Shown here: in pieces, positions 1 to 8,222 of the stretch
Numbering within the stretch: the first letter of the stretch is position 1
Layout: every line of letters begins with the position of its first letter
Origin: an uncultured Bacilli bacterium
GTDB taxonomy: Bacteria > Bacillota_I > Bacilli_A > RF39 > UBA660
Direction: 5' to 3'
DNA: 64,000 bases
Assembly (NCBI GenBank): GCA_934167825.1
Contig: CAKPLY010000001.1
Span: 70,850 to 134,849, forward strand
Translations under genes and position numbers: made by a program
Notes under the pieces: generated by a model
The model's input: the letters and a program-made list of their open reading frames with translations, nothing else
What the model was told of the DNA's origin: nothing
The model's database searches: none

Positions 1-1
1 A

Positions 2-640
2 TTTTTAAATGAATCTATTATAAAAAGAGCAATTGATAAGAATAAAGTTATTATTAATATTCATGATATAAGGGATTATTCACCATTTAAGAATAAACAA
101 GTAGATGATTATCAGTTTGGTGGAGGATCAGGTATGGTATTAATGTGTGAACCTATATTTAATGCTATTGAGGATTTAAGAAGGGAAGATACACTTGTTA
201 TTATGCTTACTCCAAGTGGTAAGGTATATAATGAGAAAGAGGCATATAATTTAAAAAAATATAACCATATTATTCTTTTATGTGGACATTATGAAGGGTT
301 TGATGAGAGAATTAAGACTATAATAGATTTAGAATATTCTATTGGAGACTATGTACTTACTGGAGGAGAACTTCCTGCGATGGTAATTACTGATTCTGTT
401 GTTAGATTAATTGATGGAGTAATTACTGATGGAAGTTTAGATAGTGAATCTTTTACAGATAATTTACTTGATTATCCAGTATATACTAAGCCAAGGGAAT
501 TTCGTGGTATGAAAGTACCAGATGTATTACTTAGTGGTCATCATAAGAATATAGATAACTATAGAAATGAAGAGAGAATTAGAATAACAAAGGAGAAAAG
601 ATTTGATTTACTTGGGGGAGATAATGATGAAAAATCTTAA
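2..640 (+). CDS. trmD: tRNA (guanine37-N1)-methyltransferase TrmD, 5' end cut by the window edge
   Basis: The frame of ORF 134..640 stays open back to nt 2. The translation ...NESIIKRAIDK...VDDYQFGGGSGMVLMCEP...LLSGHHKNI fits the TrmD SPOUT pattern as I remember it. Confidence 0.9.
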   Translation, partial: FLNESIIKRAIDKNKVIINIHDIRDYSPFKNKQVDDYQFGGGSGMVLMCEPIFNAIEDLRREDTLVIMLTPSGKVYNEKEAYNLKKYNHIILLCGHYEGFDERIKTIIDLEYSIGDYVLTGGELPAMVITDSVVRLIDGVITDGSLDSESFTDNLLDYPVYTKPREFRGMKVPDVLLSGHHKNIDNYRNEERIRITKEKRFDLLGGDNDEKS

Positions 641-1091
641 TTATTATGTAGAAAAAAATAATTTAACTAATGAGATAGTTTATATTGAATATGATAAAAT
701 TAAGGGATATAAGATTACTCCAAAGACTAAGTTAGAGGATGGGATAAAGGTAAATAAGATAGTTTTTGTGTCTCCTAGTTTGAGTAAGCAATTACTTAAG
801 AAGAAGTTAGAGATAAAACTTAGACATATGATAGAGTTACTTAGTGATATTGATGATGATGAGTCTGGAGATGCTATTAGAGAGACTTTAATGGAGTGTG
901 AAAGAATAAAGTTATTAATTATAAATAAGTATATTAAGTATTTAGGTAATGATATGGCATCATTTTATTTAAAGAAAACACAACTTATAATTAATGAACT
1001 TAGAAAAGAATTATATTTACTTAAACAAAAGAAATATCAAGCATTATATTATTATGAAGAGGAAAATAGAAAACAAGGTAGAGGAAGATAA
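624..1091 (+). CDS. hypothetical Lys/Glu/Leu-rich, probably coiled-coil protein
   Basis: ORF 603..1091. I prefer the ATG at 624, which follows GGGGGAG. No family recognised. It sits where rplS usually follows trmD. Confidence 0.5.
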   Translation: MMKNLNYYVEKNNLTNEIVYIEYDKIKGYKITPKTKLEDGIKVNKIVFVSPSLSKQLLKKKLEIKLRHMIELLSDIDDDESGDAIRETLMECERIKLLIINKYIKYLGNDMASFYLKKTQLIINELRKELYLLKQKKYQALYYYEEENRKQGRGR

Positions 1092-1604
1092 ATGAATATA
1101 ACTAGATTAGTAGTAGGACCTTTGGAAGAAAATACTTATATATTAGAGATAGATAACGAGTTATTAATAGTAGATCCTGGTAGTGAGTATGATAAGATAA
1201 GTAAGATTATTAATAATAGAAAGGTGCTAGGTATACTTATTACTCATAGTCATTTTGATCATGTTGGAGCATTAGATAGTTTTAAGGATATAGATATATA
1301 TAAGTATGATGTTCTTGAGGAAAAAGAATATAATATAGGTAAATTTAAGTTTGATGTTATATTTAATCCGGGACATTCAAAAGATTCTGTATCATATTAT
1401 TTTAGAAAATATAATGCTTTGTTTTCAGGGGATTTTATCTTTTATGAGTCTATAGGTAGATGTGATTTACCTACAGGAAGTATAAGTGATATGGAAAAAT
1501 CTATTGATAAGATAAAGAAGTATGATAAGGATATGATTATATATCCAGGACATGGAGAAGATACTACTTTATCTCATGAGATAGAGTATAACCCGTATTT
1601 TTAA
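1092..1604 (+). CDS. MBL-fold metallo-hydrolase
   Basis: THSHFDHVGA (HxHxDH) motif plus later GHS and PGHG histidines. At 170 aa it has the size of small GloB/YqgX-like hydrolases. Confidence 0.85.
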   Translation: MNITRLVVGPLEENTYILEIDNELLIVDPGSEYDKISKIINNRKVLGILITHSHFDHVGALDSFKDIDIYKYDVLEEKEYNIGKFKFDVIFNPGHSKDSVSYYFRKYNALFSGDFIFYESIGRCDLPTGSISDMEKSIDKIKKYDKDMIIYPGHGEDTTLSHEIEYNPYF

Positions 1605-1663
1605 ATGAATTTAGCGTAATAAACTCACAAAAAGGCAAAAAAATTACTCTGTAGCGTAATAAA

Positions 1664-1692
1664 TTGACAAAAATTGAATATAGTATTATAAT
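1664..1692 (+). promoter_or_regulatory. sigmaA-type promoter for the 1719 gene
   Basis: TTGACA (1664-1669), 17-nt spacer, TATAAT (1687-1692). The -35 lies inside the second copy of a 22-nt direct repeat TAGCGTAATAAAyTsACAAAAA (1612-1633 and 1652-1673). Confidence 0.6.
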
Positions 1693-1718
1693 GAATATAT
1701 AAGAAAGGAAGATATTTT

Positions 1719-2915
1719 ATGGTTATTCGTGAAAGATATTTAAAACTTATTAGACCATTCTATAATCAAGAATTAATTAAAGTATTGATTGGTATTAGGC
1801 GTTCTGGAAAGTCTGTTATTTTAAGGCAAATAATGGATGAATTAAAAGAAAATAATGTAGATGATAAACATATTATTTATATTAATTTTGAAGATTATGA
1901 TTATGAAAAATATACTGATCCTAAGAAATTAAATAATTATGTTAAAGAAAAAATAGTTGATGATAAAAAGTATTATATATTTTTTGATGAAATACAAAAT
2001 GTTATAGAATGGGAGAAAGTTGTTAATTCATTAAGAGCAACTGAAAATACATCTATTTTTATAACAGGCTCTAATAGTGATTTATTATCTAGTGATTTAG
2101 CAACTCATATTGCTGGAAGATATGTAAGTTTTAAAATAACTCCATTTACATTTGATGAAGTATGTAAACTACTTGATATTACTGATAAAAGAGATATTGA
2201 AGAAGTTTTTAATGATTATATCAAATGGGGTGGTATGCCACAAAGATTTATGCAAAAAGATGATATATCAAGAAAGACTTATTTAAATGATATATATGAT
2301 TCAATAATAATAAAAGATATTGTGAAGAGATTTAATATTAAAGATATAGATTTATTAAATAGAATAGTTACTTATATATTAACTACTCCATCACAAGTGT
2401 TTTCACCAGATAGTTTAAAAAAATATATGCAAAGTGATTCTAGGAGTGTATCTTTAGAGACTTTATATAATTATATTGATTATATAACTCGTGCTAATTT
2501 AATTTCTAAAGCAGAAAGATATGATGTTAGGGATAAAAGAATACTTACAGGTAAATATAAGTATTATTTAACTGACTTAGGTTTTACTAATATTTTAAGT
2601 GAAGGAAAGAAAGAACAAATTGGTGCATACTTAGAAAATATTGTTTATAATGAACTTATTGCTAGAGGATATAATGTTAATATTGGTACATTGGAAAATG
2701 GTGAAATAGATTTTGTGGCAACGAGATTTAATGAAAAGATATATATTCAAGTCACTTATATTTTAAGTGATGAGACAGTAATAGATAGAGAATTTAATGC
2801 TTATAATAAGATTCTAGATAATTACCCAAAGTATGTTCTTTCTATGGATAAGTTTGATTTATCAAGGGAAGGTATAATTCATAAGAATATAGTTGATTGG
2901 TTATTAGATAAATAA
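1719..2915 (+). CDS. AAA-type ATPase of the COG1373 / DUF4143 family
   Basis: GIRRSGKS Walker A and FFDEIQ Walker B, with C-terminal YLTDLG...GEIDFV, match the AAA_14 + DUF4143 architecture from memory. Confidence 0.8.
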   Translation: MVIRERYLKLIRPFYNQELIKVLIGIRRSGKSVILRQIMDELKENNVDDKHIIYINFEDYDYEKYTDPKKLNNYVKEKIVDDKKYYIFFDEIQNVIEWEKVVNSLRATENTSIFITGSNSDLLSSDLATHIAGRYVSFKITPFTFDEVCKLLDITDKRDIEEVFNDYIKWGGMPQRFMQKDDISRKTYLNDIYDSIIIKDIVKRFNIKDIDLLNRIVTYILTTPSQVFSPDSLKKYMQSDSRSVSLETLYNYIDYITRANLISKAERYDVRDKRILTGKYKYYLTDLGFTNILSEGKKEQIGAYLENIVYNELIARGYNVNIGTLENGEIDFVATRFNEKIYIQVTYILSDETVIDREFNAYNKILDNYPKYVLSMDKFDLSREGIIHKNIVDWLLDK

Positions 2916-3058
2916 CGTGGAAGTAATATTTTAACTAAAGATAATATATATCACGTTTAGTTTAAAATACAGTAAATACAAGGTGTAGAATAGGGTACTA
3001 CACTTTTTTCTTGACATAACATAAAAATTAGAGTAATATATTTTTACCGGAGGAAATT

Positions 3059-3877
3059 ATGAAAAATTATTTTAAAGAGGAAGAAGTGATTTACTTTAAT
3101 GAGTATATAAAAGATAAACTTAAGACTATAACTACATATATTTATATGCTCGAGTGTAATGACATTAATACTAGTAATATTCGTAGTGCTTTAGGAATAG
3201 AGTTAATGAAATATGCAAGTAGTATAAGTACGCAAGTAGATTGTAAAAGCTTTATCTTGGGATATTTGAATTATATAAGTGATATTAGAGATTATAATGT
3301 TATAAAGTTTGTTAATTATTTTAGTCCTAGAGTTGATTTGATAGTTAGAAATTTTATTATAAGTGATATATTATGTGATACTAAACTTAAGTGTAGTGAA
3401 AAAATTAATATATCTTTAAGTGCTAGTATTTATTTACATAACTTATATGTAAATATAGACAAATACTTTAATGATGATAATAAAATAGATATATTTAATG
3501 ATTTAAAGAGTGATTTAGAGATAACTTTACTAGAACTTATAGAAAATAATGATTATAGTAATATAATTGGTAAGATAAAAGAAAATAATTTCTTGCTTTT
3601 AAAAGAAAAGTTAGAATATAGTTATTTAAATTATGATATACAGGGTTTTTTAAAGATATTAGATAGTGAAGAGATAAGTATATATATTGATACTGTTTTA
3701 AGTGATATTATTGGTAATAATAAAAATATAGATAATATAAGTGTTAAAGAGGTATCTAATACTTTAAATGAAGGGGTAATATCTAGTTATTTTAAATTAA
3801 GAAGTTTAAGAAGTAAAGCAGTAAGTTATAGTAATACTGTTAAGGGTAATGTAAGAAAAAAGGTTAGAACTTATTAG
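3059..3877 (+). CDS. hypothetical protein
   Basis: 272-aa ORF with GGAGGA 5 nt upstream of the ATG. Asn/Ile/Lys-rich. No family recognised. Confidence 0.5.
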   Translation: MKNYFKEEEVIYFNEYIKDKLKTITTYIYMLECNDINTSNIRSALGIELMKYASSISTQVDCKSFILGYLNYISDIRDYNVIKFVNYFSPRVDLIVRNFIISDILCDTKLKCSEKINISLSASIYLHNLYVNIDKYFNDDNKIDIFNDLKSDLEITLLELIENNDYSNIIGKIKENNFLLLKEKLEYSYLNYDIQGFLKILDSEEISIYIDTVLSDIIGNNKNIDNISVKEVSNTLNEGVISSYFKLRSLRSKAVSYSNTVKGNVRKKVRTY

Positions 3878-3909
3878 GTTTATGAACGGATAAAGATTAA
3901 TTGTGATAG

Positions 3910-3959
3910 GATAAATAGTGATATGAAAAGATTATTTTGTATTAAGATAATCTTTTTTT
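3910..3959 (+). repeat. copy 1 of a ~50-nt direct repeat, ending in a terminator-like hairpin
   Basis: GATAAATAGTGATATGAAAAG core identical to 4024-4044. AAGATTAT (3928-3935) pairs with ATAATCTT (3947-3954) and is followed by a T-run. Confidence 0.6.
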
Positions 3960-4023
3960 ACTTATATGAGTAGGTAAGAATTGTTTGAGTGAGATAAATT
4001 AGTATATGATTAAATAAACTGAA

Positions 4024-4075
4024 GATAAATAGTGATATGAAAAGGTTATTTTATACTAATTTAGTCTTTTTTTTT
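4024..4075 (+). repeat. copy 2 of the ~50-nt direct repeat (hairpin degenerate)
   Basis: The 21-nt core is identical to 3910-3930. The following ~30 nt are similar and end in T9, but the stem of copy 1 is not conserved. Confidence 0.55.
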
Positions 4076-4144
4076 CAAAAATATATACAAAATAAAAAAA
4101 ATATTGTATAATTAAGTTGTATTACTTTAGGAGAGTTGGGTATC

Positions 4145-5401
4145 ATGAAAAAAATATATTCTAGTATAGATATAGGCTCTGATACAATTAAGTTCGTAGT
4201 TTGTGAACATTTTAATAAGAATGTAAATGTTTTAGCAAGTTTAGAAGTTAAATCAAAGGGAATAAGAAAGGGACTAATTGTAGATGAAGCATTGTTAGTT
4301 AATGCTATTAAAGATGGCGTTAAGTCTATTAATGAGATGTTATCATTTGATTTAAAGAAAGTTATTGTTAATATAAGTAGTTATAATGTTAAGTTTATGT
4401 ATGTAACTGGTGAGGTTAGTATAGATAATGAGGATAATATAATAACTAAAGATGATGTAGAAAAAGTATTTTCTTCTTCAGTATACAATAAGTTACCAAG
4501 TGATTATGAACTTGTTAATGTTATGCCAGTATCTTTTGTATTAGATGATGATAAGAATGAGATGTACCCGGTTGGTAAAGTAAGTAAGAAATTACAATTA
4601 AAAGGTATTATGATTATTGCTCCGAAGGAGAATATTAATACTGTTATTAGTGCAATGGATAAGGCAGGACTTGAGGTAGTAGATATAGTAATACCAGCAT
4701 TAGCAGACTTTTATGAGGTAAGAAATAATAATATTTGTGATAAAGTTGGTGCAATAATTAATATAGGACATGAGACTACTACTGTATCTATTGTTAATAA
4801 TTCTTTAGTTGTAGCTACAGATGTATTAAAGTTAGGTAGTATCAATATAGATAAAGATTTAGCATATGTATTTGGAATAAGTGTATTTGATGGTAGAACT
4901 ATAAAGGAAAGATTTGCTAGTTCTAGTAAGAGATTTTCTAGTACCACTGAAGTATATGAAGTTAAAAATACTGTTGGAGAAACCTTAAAACTTAATCAAT
5001 TAGAGGTAAGCGAGGTAGTATCTACTAGGATGGAAGAGATACTAAAGTACGCAAAAAATAAGATGTTAGAATTATCTAAGAAAAATATAGACTATATAGT
5101 TATTACTGGTGGTGCTACAGAAATTAAATCATTTAAACAATTAGTATTTGAATTTTTAGGAAAAGATGTTATAATATACACTGAAGGAACATTAGGAGTA
5201 AGGAATAATAAGTATATTACATCACTTGGAATGATAAAATACTTTATAGAGAAGTTAAAAGTAAGAGATAGTAATTATTCTATGATAACTAATGAGGAAG
5301 AGAGTTTACTAATTAACCCTAATTTAAAGAAAAAGGAATTTATGAAGAAAGGAAGACTTTTTGGAAGTTTTATTGCAAGTAAGGAGGAAGAAAATGAATA
5401 A
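4145..5401 (+). CDS. ftsA: cell division protein FtsA
   Basis: N-terminal [16 protein letters not shown] actin-fold phosphate-1 motif, ITGGATEIK near the C-terminus, and position directly upstream of ftsZ. ATG 4145 is preferred over the TTG at 4136 because the AGGAG lies 11 nt upstream. Confidence 0.9.
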   Translation: MKKIYSSIDIGSDTIKFVVCEHFNKNVNVLASLEVKSKGIRKGLIVDEALLVNAIKDGVKSINEMLSFDLKKVIVNISSYNVKFMYVTGEVSIDNEDNIITKDDVEKVFSSSVYNKLPSDYELVNVMPVSFVLDDDKNEMYPVGKVSKKLQLKGIMIIAPKENINTVISAMDKAGLEVVDIVIPALADFYEVRNNNICDKVGAIINIGHETTTVSIVNNSLVVATDVLKLGSINIDKDLAYVFGISVFDGRTIKERFASSSKRFSSTTEVYEVKNTVGETLKLNQLEVSEVVSTRMEEILKYAKNKMLELSKKNIDYIVITGGATEIKSFKQLVFEFLGKDVIIYTEGTLGVRNNKYITSLGMIKYFIEKLKVRDSNYSMITNEEESLLINPNLKKKEFMKKGRLFGSFIASKEEENE

Positions 5402-6485
5402 TATGTTTGGACTTGAAATGGATCAATTAGCAAGAATAAAAGTTATAGGTGTTGGGGGCGGAGGATGTAATGCGATTAACAGAATGATAGAGTCTGGCTT
5501 AAAAGGTGTTGATTTTATCGTTGCTAATACTGACTTACAAATCCTTAATACGTCTCTTGCACCTGTAAAACTTCAAATAGGTAGTGAACTTACTGATGGA
5601 CTTGGTGCTGGTGCCAATCCGGAAATAGGAAGAGAAGCTGCATTAGAAAGCAAAGCAGAAATAGAAGAAGCACTTAAGGGTGCTGATATGGTGTTCGTAA
5701 CTTGTGGTATGGGTGGAGGAACAGGTACTGGAGCAAGTCCTGTTATTGCAGAAATTGCCCAAGATCTTGGAGCACTTACAGTTGGTATTGTTACTAAACC
5801 ATTTAGTTTTGAAGGCAAAAAAAGAATGGAACAAGCTACTGCTGGACTTGAGGAATTAAAAAAACACGTAGATACATTAATTGTAATACCTAATGATAGA
5901 TTAAGAGAATTAATAGATAAATCTACACCAATGCTTGAAGCATTTAGAGAAGTAGATAATGTACTTCATCGTGGTGTACAATCAATTTCAGATTTAATTG
6001 CTGTTGCAGGACTAGTTAACCTAGATTTTGCAGATGTTAAAGCTGTTATGAAAGATAGAGGTAATGCTTTAATTGGTATTGGAGTAGGTAGTGGATCTGA
6101 TAGAGCAGCAGAAGCTGCAAGACAAGCAGTATCTTCACCACTTTTAGAAACATCAATTAATGGTGCTACTGATGCTATAATTAATGTTACTGGTGGGTCT
6201 AATCTTACATTATTTGAAGTAGAAGAGGCTGCAGAAATTATTAGAACTGCTGCTAATACTGATATTAATACAATCTTTGGAGCAGTAATTAATGAAAATT
6301 TGAATGATGAAGTAATAGTAACAGTAATTGCTACTGGTTTTGAGCAACCAAGTGAACCATTATATCATAATTTTAATAATAATACTCGTGAAGAAATGTA
6401 TAAAGAAGCAAGAAAGAATAATGATTTTGATATAGATAACGACTTAGATATTCCACCATTCTTAAGAGATAAAGATGAATATTAA
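5394..6485 (+). CDS. ftsZ: cell division GTPase FtsZ
   Basis: [17 protein letters not shown] and the tubulin signature [15 protein letters not shown]. Start moved to ATG 5394 (AAGGAGG upstream). The ORF-track start at 5361 is a TTG inside ftsA. Confidence 0.97.
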   Translation: MNNMFGLEMDQLARIKVIGVGGGGCNAINRMIESGLKGVDFIVANTDLQILNTSLAPVKLQIGSELTDGLGAGANPEIGREAALESKAEIEEALKGADMVFVTCGMGGGTGTGASPVIAEIAQDLGALTVGIVTKPFSFEGKKRMEQATAGLEELKKHVDTLIVIPNDRLRELIDKSTPMLEAFREVDNVLHRGVQSISDLIAVAGLVNLDFADVKAVMKDRGNALIGIGVGSGSDRAAEAARQAVSSPLLETSINGATDAIINVTGGSNLTLFEVEEAAEIIRTAANTDINTIFGAVINENLNDEVIVTVIATGFEQPSEPLYHNFNNNTREEMYKEARKNNDFDIDNDLDIPPFLRDKDEY

Positions 6486-6490
6486 TAATA

Positions 6491-6522
6491 AATATGATGC
6501 AAAATAAACATCATATTTTTAA
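6491..6522 (+). terminator. rho-independent terminator after ftsZ
   Basis: AATATGATG (6491-6499) pairs with CATCATATT (6509-6517) and is followed by a T-run. Confidence 0.7.
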
Positions 6523-6612
6523 AATTTTAGATATATAGTTATGAAATTGTATTTAATATACATTTATAAGTATAAAAGTAGTTAATATAAGAATAATTTA
6601 GAGGTGAAGTAA

Positions 6613-7407
6613 ATGGATAAGATAATTGAAGCAAAGATATATTTACCAATAATATATATTGTAATTGGTTTTGTTTTATATTATTTATTAAAGAAAATAA
6701 ATGATAAGTTAAGTAAGAAGATAGTTATTAATAAGACAGGTAGTGATAAGAGAAAGAATACTATTATATCTCTTATTAATAATATTATTAAATATATAAT
6801 AGCAATAGTTATTGTACTTGCTATATTAAAGGTATATGGAGTAGATACTACTAGTATTTTAGCATCTTTAGGAATAATAGCAGTAGTAATTGGACTTGCT
6901 TTTCAAGATATTGTAAAAGATATGTTATCAGGTATTTCTATTATATTTGATAATTTATATGCTGTTGGAGATACTATTAAGATTGGAGATTTTACTGGGG
7001 AAGTTATTTCTATAGGAATTAAAAATACTAAGATAAAGTCTTGTTATGGTGAGATTAAAAGTATTTCTAATAGTCAAGTTACGGAAGTTATAAATTATAG
7101 TTTATATGATAGAACATTATTTATACCCGTTAATGTAAGTTATGATACTGATATTGAGAAGTTAGAGAAAGTACTTAATGAGGTTAAGGAAGAGATTAAG
7201 ACTGAAGATGGAGTAAAGAGTGAACTAGAGTTACTTGGAATAGATAGTTTAAATGATAGTGGTATTACATATATGGTAACACTTACTTGTAAGTATAGTA
7301 ATTCTTTTAGAATAAAAAGAAGATTACTAGGGTTAATTAAAAGTAAATTAGTTGAAAACAAGATAGAAATTCCATATAATAAACTAGATGTAAATGTAAG
7401 GAAGTAA
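6613..7407 (+). CDS. small-conductance mechanosensitive channel (MscS family)
   Basis: Three N-terminal TM helices, then VGDTIKIGDFTGEVISIGIKNTKIK, the MscS beta-domain pattern. Confidence 0.8.
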   Translation: MDKIIEAKIYLPIIYIVIGFVLYYLLKKINDKLSKKIVINKTGSDKRKNTIISLINNIIKYIIAIVIVLAILKVYGVDTTSILASLGIIAVVIGLAFQDIVKDMLSGISIIFDNLYAVGDTIKIGDFTGEVISIGIKNTKIKSCYGEIKSISNSQVTEVINYSLYDRTLFIPVNVSYDTDIEKLEKVLNEVKEEIKTEDGVKSELELLGIDSLNDSGITYMVTLTCKYSNSFRIKRRLLGLIKSKLVENKIEIPYNKLDVNVRK

Positions 7408-7412
7408 TAGAC

Positions 7413-7988
7413 ATGATGAAAAAAGAGATTTTTAAAAGAGAATTAGAGTATATTAGCGATGAAGGTATAAGAGAATCTACTGGTATTATGTTAGATTTAT
7501 TACCAGACTATTTCTATCAAATACCTGCTTCTTCGACAGGAAAGTATCACCCTAGGTTTGCAAGTACTGAATCAGGGTTAGTAAAACATACTAAAGTAGC
7601 GGTTAGAATTGCTAAGGAATTATTAGATAATCCTAGTTTAACTAATTTTACTTTAAGAGAAAAAGATTTAATTATTATGTCTATTATTTTACATGATGGA
7701 CTTAAGAATGGATTAGTAAAGGACAAATATACAAAGATAGATCATCCATTATTAGTATCAAACTACATAAAACAAAATAGTGATAAGTTAAAACTTACTA
7801 AGGAAGATTTAGAAATAGTAACAAAGGGTATATCATCACATATGGGTCCATGGAATAAGGATTATGATGGCAATATAGTACTTCCTACTCCTAAGACTAA
7901 GACAGAAAGATTTATCCATATGTGTGATTATTTATCTAGTAAGAAGTTCTTAGATGTAGAATTTGATAATTTAGATATAAAGTATTAG
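7413..7988 (+). CDS. HD-domain phosphohydrolase
   Basis: KYHP...VKHTK...ILHDGLK...SHMG is a histidine/aspartate pattern typical of HD superfamily proteins. Confidence 0.65.
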   Translation: MMKKEIFKRELEYISDEGIRESTGIMLDLLPDYFYQIPASSTGKYHPRFASTESGLVKHTKVAVRIAKELLDNPSLTNFTLREKDLIIMSIILHDGLKNGLVKDKYTKIDHPLLVSNYIKQNSDKLKLTKEDLEIVTKGISSHMGPWNKDYDGNIVLPTPKTKTERFIHMCDYLSSKKFLDVEFDNLDIKY

Positions 7989-7995
7989 ATTTTGG

Positions 7996-8024
7996 TTGAA
8001 AAAAGATAAATTATATGGTATTAT
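7996..8024 (+). promoter_or_regulatory. sigmaA-type extended -10 promoter of the 8223 surface-protein locus
   Basis: TTGAAA (7996-8001), 17-nt spacer ending in TGG, TATTAT (8019-8024). The architecture and the 14-nt ATATGGTATTATTT are shared with the promoter of the 58079 paralog. Confidence 0.65.
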
Positions 8025-8058
8025 TTATTTAGATAGAGATATGGAAGGAGGCCCCAAC

Positions 8059-8124
8059 ATGAATAGAATAAGTTTAGTTATTTATAACATTTATGCTATC
8101 GGGGGGGGGGCAATTAACATATAG
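8059..8124 (+). promoter_or_regulatory. candidate 21-codon leader mini-ORF containing a G10 tract
   Basis: GGAAGGAGG lies 7 nt upstream of ATG 8059. It encodes MNRISLVIYNIYAIGGGAINI with stop TAG at 8122-8124. An in-frame ATG also exists at 8041. Confidence 0.3.
8101..8110. repeat. homopolymeric G10 tract
   Basis: Ten consecutive G read directly from the sequence, flanked by C on both sides. Highly atypical for this AT-rich window. Confidence 0.95.
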
Positions 8125-8148
8125 AAATAATATAATAAAAGAAGGTAA

Positions 8149-8200
8149 AACTATAGATAAAATGTCTAGAAATAGATAGTTTTTGTCTATAGTTTTTTTG
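8149..8200 (+). terminator. terminator/attenuator hairpin just upstream of the 8223 gene's SD
   Basis: AACTATAGA (8149-8157) pairs with TCTATAGTT (8186-8194). There is an inner TCTA-GAAA-TAGA mini-hairpin, then a T-run to 8199. AAAGGAG and ATG 8223 follow. Confidence 0.55.
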
Positions 8201-8222
8201 TTGTCTAAAGGAGTTAGAAGTT

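Noticed and set aside
4711-4947. Numerous antisense or alternate-frame ORFs inside well-supported genes, e.g. 4711..4947, 5573..5834, 7140..7361, 10236..10577, 13875..14063, 15952..16167, 17823..18008, 18531..18854, 21133..21468, 24072..24260, 26826..27533, 32501..33502, 35326..36171, 36165..36875, 37362..38386, 39173..41002, 42927..43232, 43713..43928, 45935..46723, 47302..47941 and 52335..52559.
   Set aside because: They overlap genes with clear family signatures on the other strand or frame, have low-complexity Ser/Leu/Phe/Ile-rich translations typical of antisense frames of AT-rich genes, and lack ribosome-binding sites.
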